DNA from: the human T2T-CHM13v2.0 reference genome, Homo sapiens
Length of the DNA stretch: 64,000 bases
Strand: one strand, 5' to 3'
Assembly (NCBI RefSeq): GCF_009914755.1
Contig: NC_060937.1
Shown: positions 44,301 to 59,009 of the stretch, one piece after another
Numbering within the stretch: the first letter of the stretch is position 1
Layout: each line of letters begins with the position of its first letter
Notes under the pieces: generated by a model
What the model was told of the DNA's origin: nothing
The model's input: only the letters and a program-made list of their open reading frames with translations
Database searches by the model: none
Made by a program: the position numbers and the translations under genes

Positions 44301-47300
44301 TAATGAAAAAATATTAATAAGAGTTCTTATTAAATATAGTCAATTTTAGAAAGTGACTAGGAATAAGATAAATCACTTCAGATTTGGGAAAAATAAATCT
44401 GTTCTAACAAGGATCACTTTAAAAGTAGAATTAAATGTTCCTTTATATGCATCCATTGTCACATTTTATCTAAATGATTTAAAAATAGAATAAGGGCCAC
44501 ATTCAGCTAATAGAAGCATGTGAATTGATCTCAGAAGCTCACTTATACCTTCCCATCCTTTCTCTATCCCCTCCAGTCTAGAAGAATGTCTCTGGGGCAA
44601 AATCTGAGCAAAATTCTAAATATTTTGCTCAGATAGCTCCAGTCTGTGGAAGGACTGACCTAGCAACAGAGAGCACTTCTTTCTTGTCACTGTCATTTGT
44701 GATTCTTGAAGGTATCCTGTTCAAGCCACATGGCAGTCAGTCCTAAGCATTCACTGTTTCCAGCAATACATCTGCTACACAGGTGCTGGGTCTTTAAAAT
44801 GGACTTTATAACTTAAAAGTGGTGAACATGTTTTAAGTTTTAGTAACCTATTGATAAAAGACAGTGAAATGAAAACTATCCCTAACATAAGTGCAAATAG
44901 GATGTATTTTTGACAGTTGTTCTTGGTTGTGTCCAAAGATGTGATTAAATTTCTTTTACCAGTTTGATATTAGCTGCTTTTGAATTTTAAGAATATAGTT
45001 AGTTACAAAATTTTGTATGTGCTTATACACGTTACCTTTTTTTTTCTATGATGCTTTAATTTGGTGAAGTAGTTAAGATTAATTATATTATTTTGGCATT
45101 TACCATAATTACACAATAATCTGCATTAGAGCTGTTTTAAGCACCAACTAGGAGCTGGCTCTAAAAGCTGATTGTGAAATCCAAGATTAGAATCATTCAT
45201 TTTCTTCAAATTGGCAGTGAAATATAATAGCAGTGGATAGAAAATTAAGCTTTTAAGTACTCTGAAAAAATGAAATGCTTTTCAGGGTTATCAAGTGTTA
45301 CATAAAGGCCACTTTCAGGTTTGTTTTTTTTGTTTTGTTTTGTTTTTTTGTTTTTTTTTTGAGGATCTGCCATATAGCTCTAACATGTAGCCTAGTGTCA
45401 CTTGTTAACTGGTCCACTTTCAAGTTATCCAGCTGTTAGTTCATTAAATTTTTTTTCTATTACATTTTACACAGATAGGAAATAGTCACTTTATTGAAAA
45501 CAGAGAGGGGAATTATTGAGAGTGCTTATAGTGCAGTTTTCTGTATATTCTATGTTTAATGTGTATGGGTTTTTGCTTGGAATTAAAATAATATTTTTCA
45601 TGACAATCTATTGCTGTGGCCACAGAGACCCCAATTTTTTGTCTGAACTTGTTTTTGAAACATAGCAGATCATCTTACTTTGGAACTTAATTACTTCAAA
45701 GTTAGAATATTGCTTACAGCTCTAGTCAAACCCCACCAGAAAGATTTAATATGAGGGTTATATACAACCCCAGAGAGGAGCAGGCCTGGGCACTGACAGT
45801 ATATCCCTGTGCAAACTTTTCAAGCACTAAGATTTCTAAGAGGCAGTAAGGCCAGAAAGAGGATGTAGAGTGAATGCTATAGAGACTGAACCACATTCCA
45901 GAATTCAGTTCAGCAGGGACTTATGTAGTGTCCACTATGTGAGGTGTTAGGGAAGGTGCTGAAAGTGGGAAGGAGTGGGGAAGGCAATTCTATAAAAACT
46001 AGATTATTCTAGAGTCCCTGTGCTTGACAAGCTTAGAATTTCATTGGAGGATATGTAATGAAGTTTCAAAATGCGTGATGCAGACAGTGAAGGATGTAAA
46101 AGGTAGGAGCAGGGAGATACCTCTGAGAGTTATAAAGGTCACATACCCCACGAATCACGAAAGAAATAATTAGGCAAAGTAAGGCAGAAAGGCAATGATG
46201 TCTTATTTTATGGGTAATAATCTATTTGAATTCACTACGTCAAGGCTAAAAGATATAAAAATATCCTTGATAAGATAAAAATGAAATAAAATTGTATTGC
46301 ATATATTTAGAACTAAACCTAGTAGGGATTTGAATGGACCGTTTAAAAAATGTTATTAATATTCAGAAAACCTTCCAAACCTCTTGAGTCCTTAGTAAGG
46401 AAGAAATACCTGAGAAAAAACTAACACAGCTTCAAAGATATACTTTGTCTTGAATTGCTGCAGTATTTTATGGGATTTAGAGCCAATTCTACCATTTCAT
46501 AAGTGACCACCAAACCAACCCTTCCCCGACGCACCTTCCTGCACCCTTCCCTGCCTTCCTTACCCCTCCCCAGCCACAGATGCTTCAGGATAGTGAACTT
46601 CGCACCTGAATCCCACATGCTGACCTTTGGTAGCCACCTTTGATGTATTCTGTAGAGGTGAGCCATCAAGGGGCAGTGTGGCAGAGCAGAGCAGAAGTGT
46701 GCGTGAGCGTGAAAACCTGCCCACTTTCAATGTAAACAAGCTCTCAGGGTCAACACTCACTTAATGTCAGTGCCCTGGTTTATTCCCAGCATTAGTCAGT
46801 CAGAAGCAGGTTGCTTTGGGAGCACAGACTTGAAATCTTTAATTTTTCTACTTAATTAACTTAAGCATCTATTAGTAATATTCCATTATAAATTGATGAG
46901 AAATGTATAGCACCTTTTCACTGAGACATTCACATCTTTCAGGAACTCTTGGTCCGTGGTGACCAATACTTTTTTCTTCTATGTATTTTATGTCAGAATC
47001 TGAACATATTGTGCTATAAAAAAATGCATTCCCTTCACATCTGCCATACAACACCTAATTCTGACAAAAGGAAATATGCTTTGTGAACTTGATTTAATAG
47101 TACTTTTAAAATGTTGAGTCACCATTTGCAGATGAGAAAAAAATTAAAAATTTAAAAATTAAATGAAATGATGTTCATAATACTATGTGCTAGTTTCTTA
47201 TCCTTCAAAATAAAATGAATTGGGAGAATTTAAAAATTTCTTATATTTTATAAAAATGAATATAATATACCAGTGAGGCCCAGATTATTAAAAAAAAAAC

Positions 47301-50300
47301 AAAAACAGAAAAGAAACCTCAAAGGTTAAGAAACACATGAATTATTTGATTAATAATAATAATAGCTCTCATTCACTGGAGATACATTATGAGCAGGTGA
47401 GTGGTAGAGGCTTCCTATACATTGTTGTGGGTATCATGGCAATGCCACGGGCTACACTGAGTTTCCTTATGCTTTCATGAATGTTGTTTATGCATTTCCA
47501 AATATTTGCTCAGATAGCAATACTGCATCTGAAGGTTAGACATGATTCAGTTTAGTTTCAAAGTTGGAGAAACCAAAGTACAGAATGAGAAAGAATACTC
47601 CTTTTTTCTCAGGGAGTACTTATGCTAGGACTTAAATCCATTCCGTCAGTTGCCAACAATTCTTTATAAGTAGTCTACCAGGCACAGTTCTAGGTACTGG
47701 GAATAAGTGATGAGTAAGACAGTAGCACTCCCTGGTCTCTTAGACCTTGTAATTTAGTGGAGGAGACAGACCAACAAGCAAATAAATAAATACATGAGAA
47801 GAAAAAAAAACAGATAATGATAACTACTCTAAAGAAAACCTAATAGATATTAGGATTGAGAATGACGCATTCAGGGAAGGCAGGCAAGGGAGGTACAAGC
47901 AGGGTATTTGATTTCCAGAAAAATCTCAAAACAAGTGTGGTTGCCATAAATATATTTGATGAAGCTTGTGTATAGCACTTCAATATTTGTATGTAATAAT
48001 TGCAATGAAGTTTGAATGCTTTTTTCAACTTTTCACATAATAGTAAGTTTATTAATGTTATCTTTATCTTGTAAATGGAGACATTGAGTAATATATTAAG
48101 GATTCCACAATCATTGCCTGAATTAATTAAAATATATGGCATTTATTTTAAAATGACTACTTTTCTCTTTTAAATACCAAATTTAAATGGTATAGTATAG
48201 CTATTTTAATTATTAATTTTCAAGATGTAGTTATTCCGCTTTACTATTAATCTCATTTCTATAATCTTGAGAAAATCTGTTTCAGATCTACAAAAATAAA
48301 GGCACATTTCAAAGATTCCAATAATGCACATAAACTGGACCTAAAAATTAATAATAAGATGACAAGCACGTTATTTTCCATGAATGCCTTATTTATCCAA
48401 CCATTCAATAGAAAAATAATTGCCATAAAAATGTTGTTATGATAATTTTAGAGATTATCCTAAACTGTAGCAATAGGTTATTTGGATAATATACAGTCAT
48501 CAAACCCGGTGAATCATAATCAAAGTAAGTTGATTCAAGTATCAAAAAGAAATGTCAAAAAGATGGAAAGTATTGCTGTGATATGCAAAATATAACAAAG
48601 AAATAGATTTACTTAGATGGCTTTCTCTTTGAAATGGAAGAGAAAACTGGAAGGTATTTTAAGTATAACAAAATTAGTAGATGACTAAAATTATCTGTCT
48701 CACTAGGTCTTTACCTTAACATACATAAGAATTCCTACAGAAGCCTGTTATAAATGCAACTTCTTGAAGCCCACTTTCTGAGGTTCTGGTTCAGAATATC
48801 TAAGGTGCAACCCAGGAATCTGCATATTTATAAGCAGCACAGGTGACTTGGTGCAAATAGTCAGCTGACAGACCTTGAGTAACATTGGTCTATACCACTG
48901 ATTGCATCACCAGCCAAGTTATCAGTGAATTCACTTGTCCCCACTTGTTCCCATTAACTCTGAATTGTTTTAACTAAATTAATTAAAAGCAAAATTTAAA
49001 GGAGGTAGGCATGTTATTAGATAGGCTGACACATTCCATGAAGTCAGTGACTGGCAGTGAGGTGAGATGCAGAGGGTCCAGGGAAGATCTACTCTGAAGC
49101 CCACTAGTTTCTTGAACAATTGTATCAATGAACCTCAGAGCCATAATAAATGCATACTATTAATTAATTATTGGTTAATTAATTAAGGGAGATGCAGATT
49201 CCAACAGAAGAATGGTTTTTTTTGATCTTGAAGCAAGTATCTTTGACACAGAAATCAGTGGTTTGAGACATATGCTGAAATGTCTGCATCCTGAAAATAT
49301 ACATCAAGCACCTATTCTGTTAGCTGCTAAGGAAATACAAAGACAGAAGAAGAAGAAGTGCTGTCTTCAAGTAGAGTAGGCACCAATAGCATATGTGTGC
49401 AGCCTCCACATACTATTAAAGTGAAGTGGAAAATTTAATGCTTTAAAGCCACTGAGGCCAGATTGCCTAGGTTCAGATTCTAGCACTGTCATTTATTAGC
49501 TGTGTGACCTTGGGTAAGTTATTTGACCTCTCTGTGCCTAGAATCTACTCCATACATTGCTGTGAAAATTAAAATGAGTTAATATAAGTGCAGCATTGAT
49601 TAAAATAAAATACCTGCCCTGGCAAGCACCATGTAATACATACATTCCAATTTCTGAGAAAACAATACTTATTAGAGCCTAAGTCAATTCCTATCCCAGC
49701 TGTCGTTTACTAACCTGGTTTACTGTCGTTTACTTTGAGCAATTTATTGGGCCTTCCCTCATTTATAAAATCCTTCAATTGACATCTTGTTATGTGAAAG
49801 CACATCTGAAATACCAAAATTCCATACAAGTGCAAGATATTTATTACTGTCATTATAATATGAAAATTAGCTTCACCTACATGGCAAAGTTTGTCTTTCA
49901 TATAGGTCCTGTACAAATGAATCTAGTTTATGCATCAAGTTGTTCAGCTACTACTCAGATTGTTTTTGATTTTGAATACTTTCTGGTTTTGTTTTTAATA
50001 TATAACCTGCTGTATGGTAGTCACTGAGGACACAAAAATGAACAAATCAGAATGCCTGGAACTCACTGTCTGGTAGGAAACATTCAAGTAAAGGATGTCT
50101 GTTTCCTAGAAAACAGAGAGCAGGGGTGCTTGGTAGCCTCTCCAGAGGATTGGGACAGGAGTAGAGGGGCAGGGGAATGTAGTAAGAGGAGATGTAACCT
50201 AATTGAAGTTATCCAAGTAGACAAGGGTAGGAAGGCATTCCAGGCATGCAGGGAATTGCAAAAGGGATGTTGCAGTGCAAGGTTCACCTACCACAAGGCA

Positions 50301-52733
50301 GAGGCAGGAAGTGGTACAAGGGAGCCAGGTCACAAAAGGCCCCTCATGTGCTATATTATGAAATTTGGACATTGTCCAGTAGGTGATTAGAAGCCTCTTA
50401 AGGACTTTAAATGCAGGAAAGTAAAAAAACATGTTTGTATTTTCAAGAATATCATTTGTGCAAGAATGGAAGAGAGGCCAGAAAATCCATTTAGGAGGCA
50501 GTTGCAATGATCTGATATCATCTTGAAATGCTAAAAACCAATTAACAGTACATAATCCACAGACAAAACAAACTAAAACCTAAGTTTGCTACTTTGCTTT
50601 TCAGTGCATATGGAAGCAAAAATAATCTCAAAAATGTTCTTAAGAGTGAAAGAATATTAGTCACAATAAGATGCTAGAAAAATGGTAGACAGGAGGGACA
50701 GGACAAATATTTTAAAGAAGTTGAAGTTGAAACAGAAGACACTAATGTCAATCAGTTAAACTAGAGATCTCGGTTATGGTCTACAGTGAAATTGAGATGA
50801 TACTTGCCTTCCTCATCATGATACACAATGAGAGATTATGAATATGAAAGAATTTCAAATGATATGCTATGCAAATATAAACTGTTATATATATTTTAAA
50901 AAAGGAAATTCACAAAGGAAAAGATGTTTCTACTAGAAGAGAAGCTCCTTAAAGGCAGGGGCTACATTTCCCTTGTTTGCTGCTTGATGGCAGGTGTCTT
51001 CTACATAATAATACTACAGGCAGGTACAGTGTTAAGTACCCTATGTGCATTAACTCACTTAACTCTCATACATTCCTGTGATGGAGGTAGGATTATCATC
51101 TGCATTTCACAGACAGGGAAAATCAGACCCAGAAAGATTAAAATGCTTTCTCTAGGTGGCCACACAGCTAATAAATTATAAGGCAAGGATGGATTCAAAC
51201 CCAGGCAGTCTGTGTGTGGAGTCTGCTTTTAACCACCATGTAAGTACACCATAGGCATTTGCTGATTTGGACCAATTGGAAGACGAGTAGTCAGAATTTC
51301 TGAAATTTTTAAATGAGCGAGTATTTTAAATGCAGCTTTACTAGTTTCAAGTCCCCTTTAAGTAACTAAAACATTTGACAAATTTTACCTGTTATATTAA
51401 CAGGCAAAAAAAACCCAAAACAAACAAAAAAAAAAACTTCTACATAAATGTGTGCTTCTAAAAAGCCAGGTTTTTTTTTCTCCATGAAGCTAAACAAATA
51501 GCTATAAAGTTCATCTAGAATAAACACGCAAGAACATCTTGGAAACCGCTAAAAATTAAAAAAAGAAGCAATGGACTATATGAAGTAGGCCATACTAGAT
51601 ATTAACACATTATAAAACCTGAATAATTAAAATGATGTTGTATTAGTACTTGAATAGACAGACTAGTAGAACAAAAGGAAATGTAGAACAGACCTAAATG
51701 TACATGGAAATTTAGACTTTTAGAATAATGACCACACATCTTTATTCAGTAACAGTTTAAAGATAAACTTTATCCCAGATCATTTCTAAACAATTACGAA
51801 TTCTATAAAAATCAGTACCTAAATTATCTACACTAAGAAGAAAAGAGAATCATATGACTAAATAAATGGAGACAGACAAGTAACATAAAGGCAAAAGACC
51901 TATCAGAAAGTTAAGACACTGAAAGACTGGTTAGCAAACATTCATTGACCCCGTGCAGAACAGCAGAAATTTTAATAGATCTTAGGGGTAAATAATGTCC
52001 CCTTTTTTCAGAGAACCTATCATTTATGTGGGAACTGATGTTTAAACAAGATCTCCCCATAGGTAAGGAGTGGAAGGGCTATGCTAGATGTATGTGTGAG
52101 AGTCAGGGGACACTCAGGAGGAAATAATTAGTTTTAACGGGCTGGAATTGAAGGCATCAGGGAGGAACAGAGAAGGCTTCACAAAGGAGAGGACATCCAA
52201 GCCCACTATAAAAAATGAACAGGGTTCACTTGGGAGAAAAGAAAGATTCAGGAATGGGGGTGGAAGGACACTTCTATCATGGAAATAGAATGAACGTGGC
52301 CTAGCTAGGGTTTACAAAGCTTGCGGGAGAGTAACAGGATGGGAGGCAGAAGAGATAGGTTAGAGCCAGCTACTGACTAGTCTTGTATGCCAGGCCAAGA
52401 AATGTTAGCTTGATCCCACAGGCACCAGAGAAACTACCGATTCTGTGATTTCTATATAGAAAGGATTATAATCGGTGTAAGATAGACATCGGGGCAGGGA
52501 TTGACTTAGGGAGACTGTTAGGAGGGTACTACAGCAGTCCAGATGACAGTGTTGGGAGCCTGAGCTATAGCAAAGGAAATGAGAATGGATAAGATGTCAA
52601 ATTCAAGAGAAATTTTGTGGACAAAATCTATAAAATTGTTTGAAAGGATGGAGTGAGAGTCAGAAGTAAGGAATGGAGGAATGAAGTGTCCACAGATGAT
52701 GAAACCCACACTCTCCTCTCTGACTGATTTGTT

Positions 52734-53050
<317 letters not shown>

Positions 53051-53510
53051 TCTGACTGATTTGTTAATGCCTGGGTGCCCACAGCTGGTCTCCCTGCCTC
53101 TGCTCCATTCCCCATGCTGCAGACATTGGACTTCCTCTGTGGTCTCTCTGATCTCATTGGCTGCCTGTCACCATCATGAGAAGCCTATTCTCCTCATGAA
53201 AGGTGCCTCATGTAGCCCCTGCTTTCCTCTCAAGCCTCACCACCTACTGCTCCTTCACCTGGCCTTGCACTGGCCCTTCACCAGCATACAAAGGATTCCC
53301 AGGCTCCAAAACAGGAGCCCTCTGCTCCTCCATTTCTCTCAGATTCCATGTGCTCTTGCCTCTGCCTACAAACCTCTCCCTCCCACCATTTTTTTTTTTA
53401 CACCTTTCGAAGTATCTAGGGCCACAAACTGTGGCAGGCTCAGCATAGTAGCTCAAATGTGTGTGCATTATGAATGAGTACAACAAAAATGGATTTAAGG
53501 TTCATCTGAG

Positions 53511-53824
53511 TTTTTTTGTTGTTGTTGTTTGTTTTTGTTTTTGTTTCTGTTTTTTTTGAGACAGAGTCTCGCTCTGTCGCCCAGGCTGGAGCGCAGTGGC
53601 GCCATCTCAGCTCACTGCAACCTCTGCTTGCTGGGTTCAAGCAGTTCTCTGCCTCAGCCTCCCAAGTAGCTGGGATTACAGGCACCCGCCACCACGCCCA
53701 GCTAATTTTTGTATTTTTAGTAGAGACGGGATTTCACCATCTTGGCCAGGCTGGTATTGAACTCCTGACCTCGTAATCCACCTGCCTCTGCCTCCCAAAG
53801 TGCTGGGATTACAGGCATGAGCCA
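53511..53824 (-). mobile_element. AluS, slightly 5'-truncated
   Basis: TSD catctgagttttt. Confidence 0.93.
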
Positions 53825-54484
53825 TCTGAGTTTTTATCTGCACCTGGAATCCTTTCCTGACCCCATTCCTTGAGTTTGCCATATGTTGCCCTTCTTCCTA
53901 TCCTCTTGCTTCTGTCCCTACCAGTTTTTCATACTGTTGTAGAGTTGACTCCCATCCCCCATAGATTGTGAACATCTTAAGGGAAAGGATTATCTTTTAT
54001 CTCTGCATCTCAGGTTCTAGCACAGTACCTAGTACACATTAGTCTCAATAAATATTGGAGGGTAATCAGATGGGATGGGGATGGGGCAGAGGTGTTGGAG
54101 AATCAAAACAGTAAGGATTTAAAAGGACATAATCAACAATAAAAAGAACAGACTGATTCTCATATTGGTGCTAAAGAATTTGGGTTCCCTAGGGTTGGAG
54201 GGAGAAGATAACCTCTTGAGTACTCATCTTGGCAAAGGAGAAAATGACATGGCTTCCCCCAGAATTAATCTGTCCCACCGTTTATATGCCTCCTCATGGA
54301 TGATTTATCCTATGAGCATTGAGAGGCCAATACTCTGTAAGTCCCAGGTGATGCAATGTGTCTCATAAGTACCCAGCCATCCACCTGGAGCTTGCCTTTT
54401 CCAGGCCTGCAGATAAGAGCCATCTCTAGAACCTCAGACCTCACTATTTACATCTGCAGTCTTACATCTTGGTTTCTGTTATAG

Positions 54485-54589
<105 letters not shown>

Positions 54590-54964
54590 TAAGATTTGGC
54601 TTGTGTCAATGGTAACCATATCACTCAGCCACTGCAGAGGGTGTTTCTTTTATTACTACCTATGCTAACTCAACTAGAAGGTATTCAAAGCTGACAGTTT
54701 CTAAAAGATCTAAGTCCTAAGGAACATTTTCAGGCTTTCCATAGTCATTGGCTCAACACCCATTACAAAAGCTCCAGCCTCTACCAGGATCAACAAGTTC
54801 CACTTCCAGAGTTGCATTTGCCACTTTAACAAAAAAGCAGCTGTAATTTTCCAACTGCTCTTAGTTTTCCAGAAAAACTTTTCATAGAGTAATTATGCTA
54901 ATGGAAAGAGGTGAGGTGGTTTGTTTTCTTTTTCTGAATTCTCTCTGATTCTTAGATAAGATGA

Positions 54965-55183
<219 letters not shown>

Positions 55184-56211
55184 TGATGGTTTTTCAGCAG
55201 CCAGCCTCCTTCTTATGAAGTACTAAAAGACGGAAAGTCTAAATTAGCATCTTACGTGTTTAGACTTCTGTGAAAGATTTAAAGTGTTTTCACACACAGC
55301 CTATTCTTTTGCTTCAAAACAAATTGTGAGTTGAGTATGTCAAGTGTTTTCAGCATCTGATAAATGAAGAAACAGAGACAGAGTTTAAGTGGCTTATCTG
55401 AGTCACAAAGTCTGTGAATTAGTACGATTGTCTTGACTCTTCACCTCTGTTTTTTTCCTGTTTCTCTGCTCTGGATTCTACAAGTAAAGAGGAAGCAAAG
55501 GGTCTGGCGTTCAGAGAAAACCAAAAGAGAACAATTTAGCAAAATTTGAGGAATAAATAATAATGTTCTTTCAACCTATGAAAAAGAATTTAATAGGAAT
55601 ATTAGCATTTATCAAGCACTCTTTTGCCAAGAACTGTTCTAAGTGCTTTGTGTATATTAATGACTTAAAAACAGGTCCAGTAATATTAAACATAGTTTTT
55701 AATATGTAATTTACTATTTGAGCCCAGGAGTTTTACTTTTCAAAACACTTTGTGAGTAAATGGGTTTACCCCAACTTTGACCTCCTTGTGCAGAGGAACA
55801 GGAAAAGACTATTATTCCAGTCCAGCCTCTGCCATGAGCCATCTCTATAACCTTAAACAAGTCAGAGGACATCTTTTTTCTGTGTCTTTATCTGTAAAAT
55901 GGGGATAAAAATGCTTGCTTCAGAATATTGTGTGCTTAAAAGGAAATAATGGGCATGAAAGTACTGTTGAAGTACAGTTGATACTGATATAAAGTGTAAG
56001 GTTCAGTTGCTACTTCACAGATGATTTGACAGTGATAGCTCTCTTTGAGTTTGGTGCAATGAAATAGTTCTGTAATATTTGTACTTAGGGAAAGGACATT
56101 ACCTGCTCTGCAGGTGAAAGAATTAATGTAATTTTTCTGCATGTAGTTATCATGTGACTGAGAATGTGCTTTGTTTATTCTGGAATATGTTGTATAAAAT
56201 GAACCTGTTTT

Positions 56212-56470
56212 ATTTATATATATAAATAAATATGTACATATACACACATATATACACACAGATACCTGATATATTTATATATAAAAATTATATATATTAA
56301 TTATTTATATATACCTGATATATATATTTCTGTTATATATTCCTGATATATTTTTACATATATTAATTATACATATTAACTATTGTTATATATATACCTG
56401 GCATATTATACCTGTTATACTATATATATATATACACCCCTGATATATTAAGTAACCTTAATATATCTTA
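56212..56470. repeat. AT-rich low-complexity tract with recurring (a/t/c)cctg(a/t)tatat units
   Basis: Directly visible. Confidence 0.85.
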
Positions 56471-56916
56471 TGTGTTGATTACATGTCTCACATGCAGAAT
56501 TACTTGTTATACTATGAGCCAAAGGATTTTTAATGTTAGAGAATAGAAAAAAATGATCATTTTGCAGTGATCTCTTTAAAAATACATTTTAAAGAGGTAC
56601 AGTACAAGTAGGAAGAGTTCACATTCTTTATAAGCCCAGATACCCCAAGTGTTTGGTTATTTGATTTGTGGGGGGGGTCTTTTGTCATTAGTCATACTGT
56701 GGTTTAGAGGCCAATTACATATTTTGTATAATGAAGGCCTCCTTGCACACCACACAAAACAGAAGCAGCCCTACCCTCGGTTCAGATGGGCATGGTCTTC
56801 CTCCAGGTTCTCTGCAAGCCACAAAACTGAGCAGTGCCCCTCCTCTTTTAGCCACCACCTGTTTGCTTGGTGCATATTGATGAAAATAGCCATTTTCTGT
56901 TGAGTTTATATTTTAA

Positions 56917-57039
<123 letters not shown>

Positions 57040-59009
57040 TGAATGATCCTTTTATGTACTTCTAACAGAGCATGTCTTCCGGAGCCATACCTTTGCTTTG
57101 CGGCTTTGGAGAATGGGATGAGGGATGTCTTCTCACAAAGTCTTCTATTTGTTTCTGTCAATGTCCAAATTCAGATGATGGTGGAATTTCAGAAGTAAAA
57201 TTTTGGATGAATAGACTTAGAATGAAACGGTTAGTTGAAAGGTTGATGTGCTACCATATTCTGTTCTTGTATAACAAAGTAATTCTTGCCCAAAAAGATA
57301 ATTCATCACTAAAAGTTAGGTTGTTTTATTTTAGAAAAGTCAGTGCTTTTACTTGTAACTGTTCAACAAATTTAGCATCGGGAAGTGATGAAATAGAGAA
57401 GAACAAATATGTGTAATAATAAAAATAGTAAAACAATGAAATTAAATAAATAATGTATGCACATCTGTTTCTGTGACAGCATCCCAACTCCAGGGCAGGC
57501 AGATTGTGGAGATGAGTATACAGTGGGCATCATACACAACATGGAGCAGTGGAGGCTGTGCACATGAACAGCACATATAATTTTAAACTTTTAAAAACAC
57601 TGTCAGCCAACAGAAGTATGCCTGGCACACTGCCTCTTTTTCTATGAGGTTGTAGAAAGAACACTGGACCAGAAGTCAGCAGAGCCAAATTTGCCACTTG
57701 CCACAGGCTCTGCTGCTTTTCCTAGCTGTGTGACATTTACCTCTATGAACTCCAGCTTTTTCACCAGTAAAAAGGACAAAATGCCTTTCTACCTCAACTC
57801 GCAGAAGAATTGTGATATTAGGAAGAGTACATTACAAACTCTTAAGATAAAAAAAGGGAAGGAAGAAAGAGAGAGAGAGGAGACTGCACACCATAAAAAT
57901 CAAATACATAGAGAGTTCCTGTCATCTCTGTATTATCACCTGGCTCCTTCATTCTGTCAGTGAGGAAGGGGGCCTGGAGGCTGGAGACTGGCAGCTTGTT
58001 AGTAGCAGAGGGGACCCAGGTCCCTGTTAGTCCCATGCTCCTTCCCACCACACCCCATATTCTCTTCTTGATACTAAGGTTGCCACATATCTGGGAACAG
58101 CACAAAAAGTCCAAAAATGGGAGTTTCTGTCTGGTGTCCAGTGACCTCACAGGCTTCTGGAATGGCTGCAGCCAGGGTCTCTGGGCCAATGGGAGGGGGC
58201 AGGGCCAGTGCCAAACCAGAGGCTTTGGGCTGGAAGGAGGCCCAGAGCTGTACAGTGAAGAGCCTTCTCTTGCTGGGAAGGTTCTCAAGACATTATTCAT
58301 TTCTTAGCAGTCATGGCTTTACTGTCTTTAGCAGTCATTTCTCAGAATTACTGGATTACTTGTCTAAAAAGGACATGTTAAAAGCTACTACCATCATTAT
58401 CACTGTCTATAAAATGTATTCTTGGTTCTTTTCTCAAACTCCTCATTCAGTCAGTGCGTAATTAGTTAACCTCTCTGTGTAGAGCAGTTGGAACTGTGAT
58501 TTAAAAAAAATATATACCAATAGGAGTAAATATTTGGTTATCTTCTTCCATTTCTCGTGATCTTGTAGATTTATGGAATAATTCATTTATCAGTAGTTGG
58601 TAATTATAAGCCCAAAGGCATACCCATAACCCCACTCAAAAGCAGACGGGAGGACAGCATAGTCTGCGAAGCAGATGTCATACACTTGATGAAACATGCT
58701 GTAGGGCATTGTTTCTCGGGAAACAAGTTCAGATTGGGTCTTAAATAATATTTTGGAAGTAGCTTGTGGAACAAGGCCTGGAGATCTAAAGGATTATCTT
58801 ACTGTAAACTTTATGCTGCACCACCAATCAACTCTTCAAAATTTCCAGGTAATTGTCTTGTTTTAGTGCACACCTGAATGACCTTCTATATCCATCCTCA
58901 TCGTCGTGAAGACTTGCTGGTCTGTGAGAAGAGTTTCTTGGTCATCAATTTCTCTGTTTTTCCTTGACCTAAAATAACCTGAAGTCGGAGGTCTTATGTA
59001 GTGCTAGCG

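Noticed and set aside
57842-58461. Overlapping 114-152 aa ORFs on both strands
   Set aside because: No recognisable homology and no consistent splice or promoter context; explained by locally higher GC
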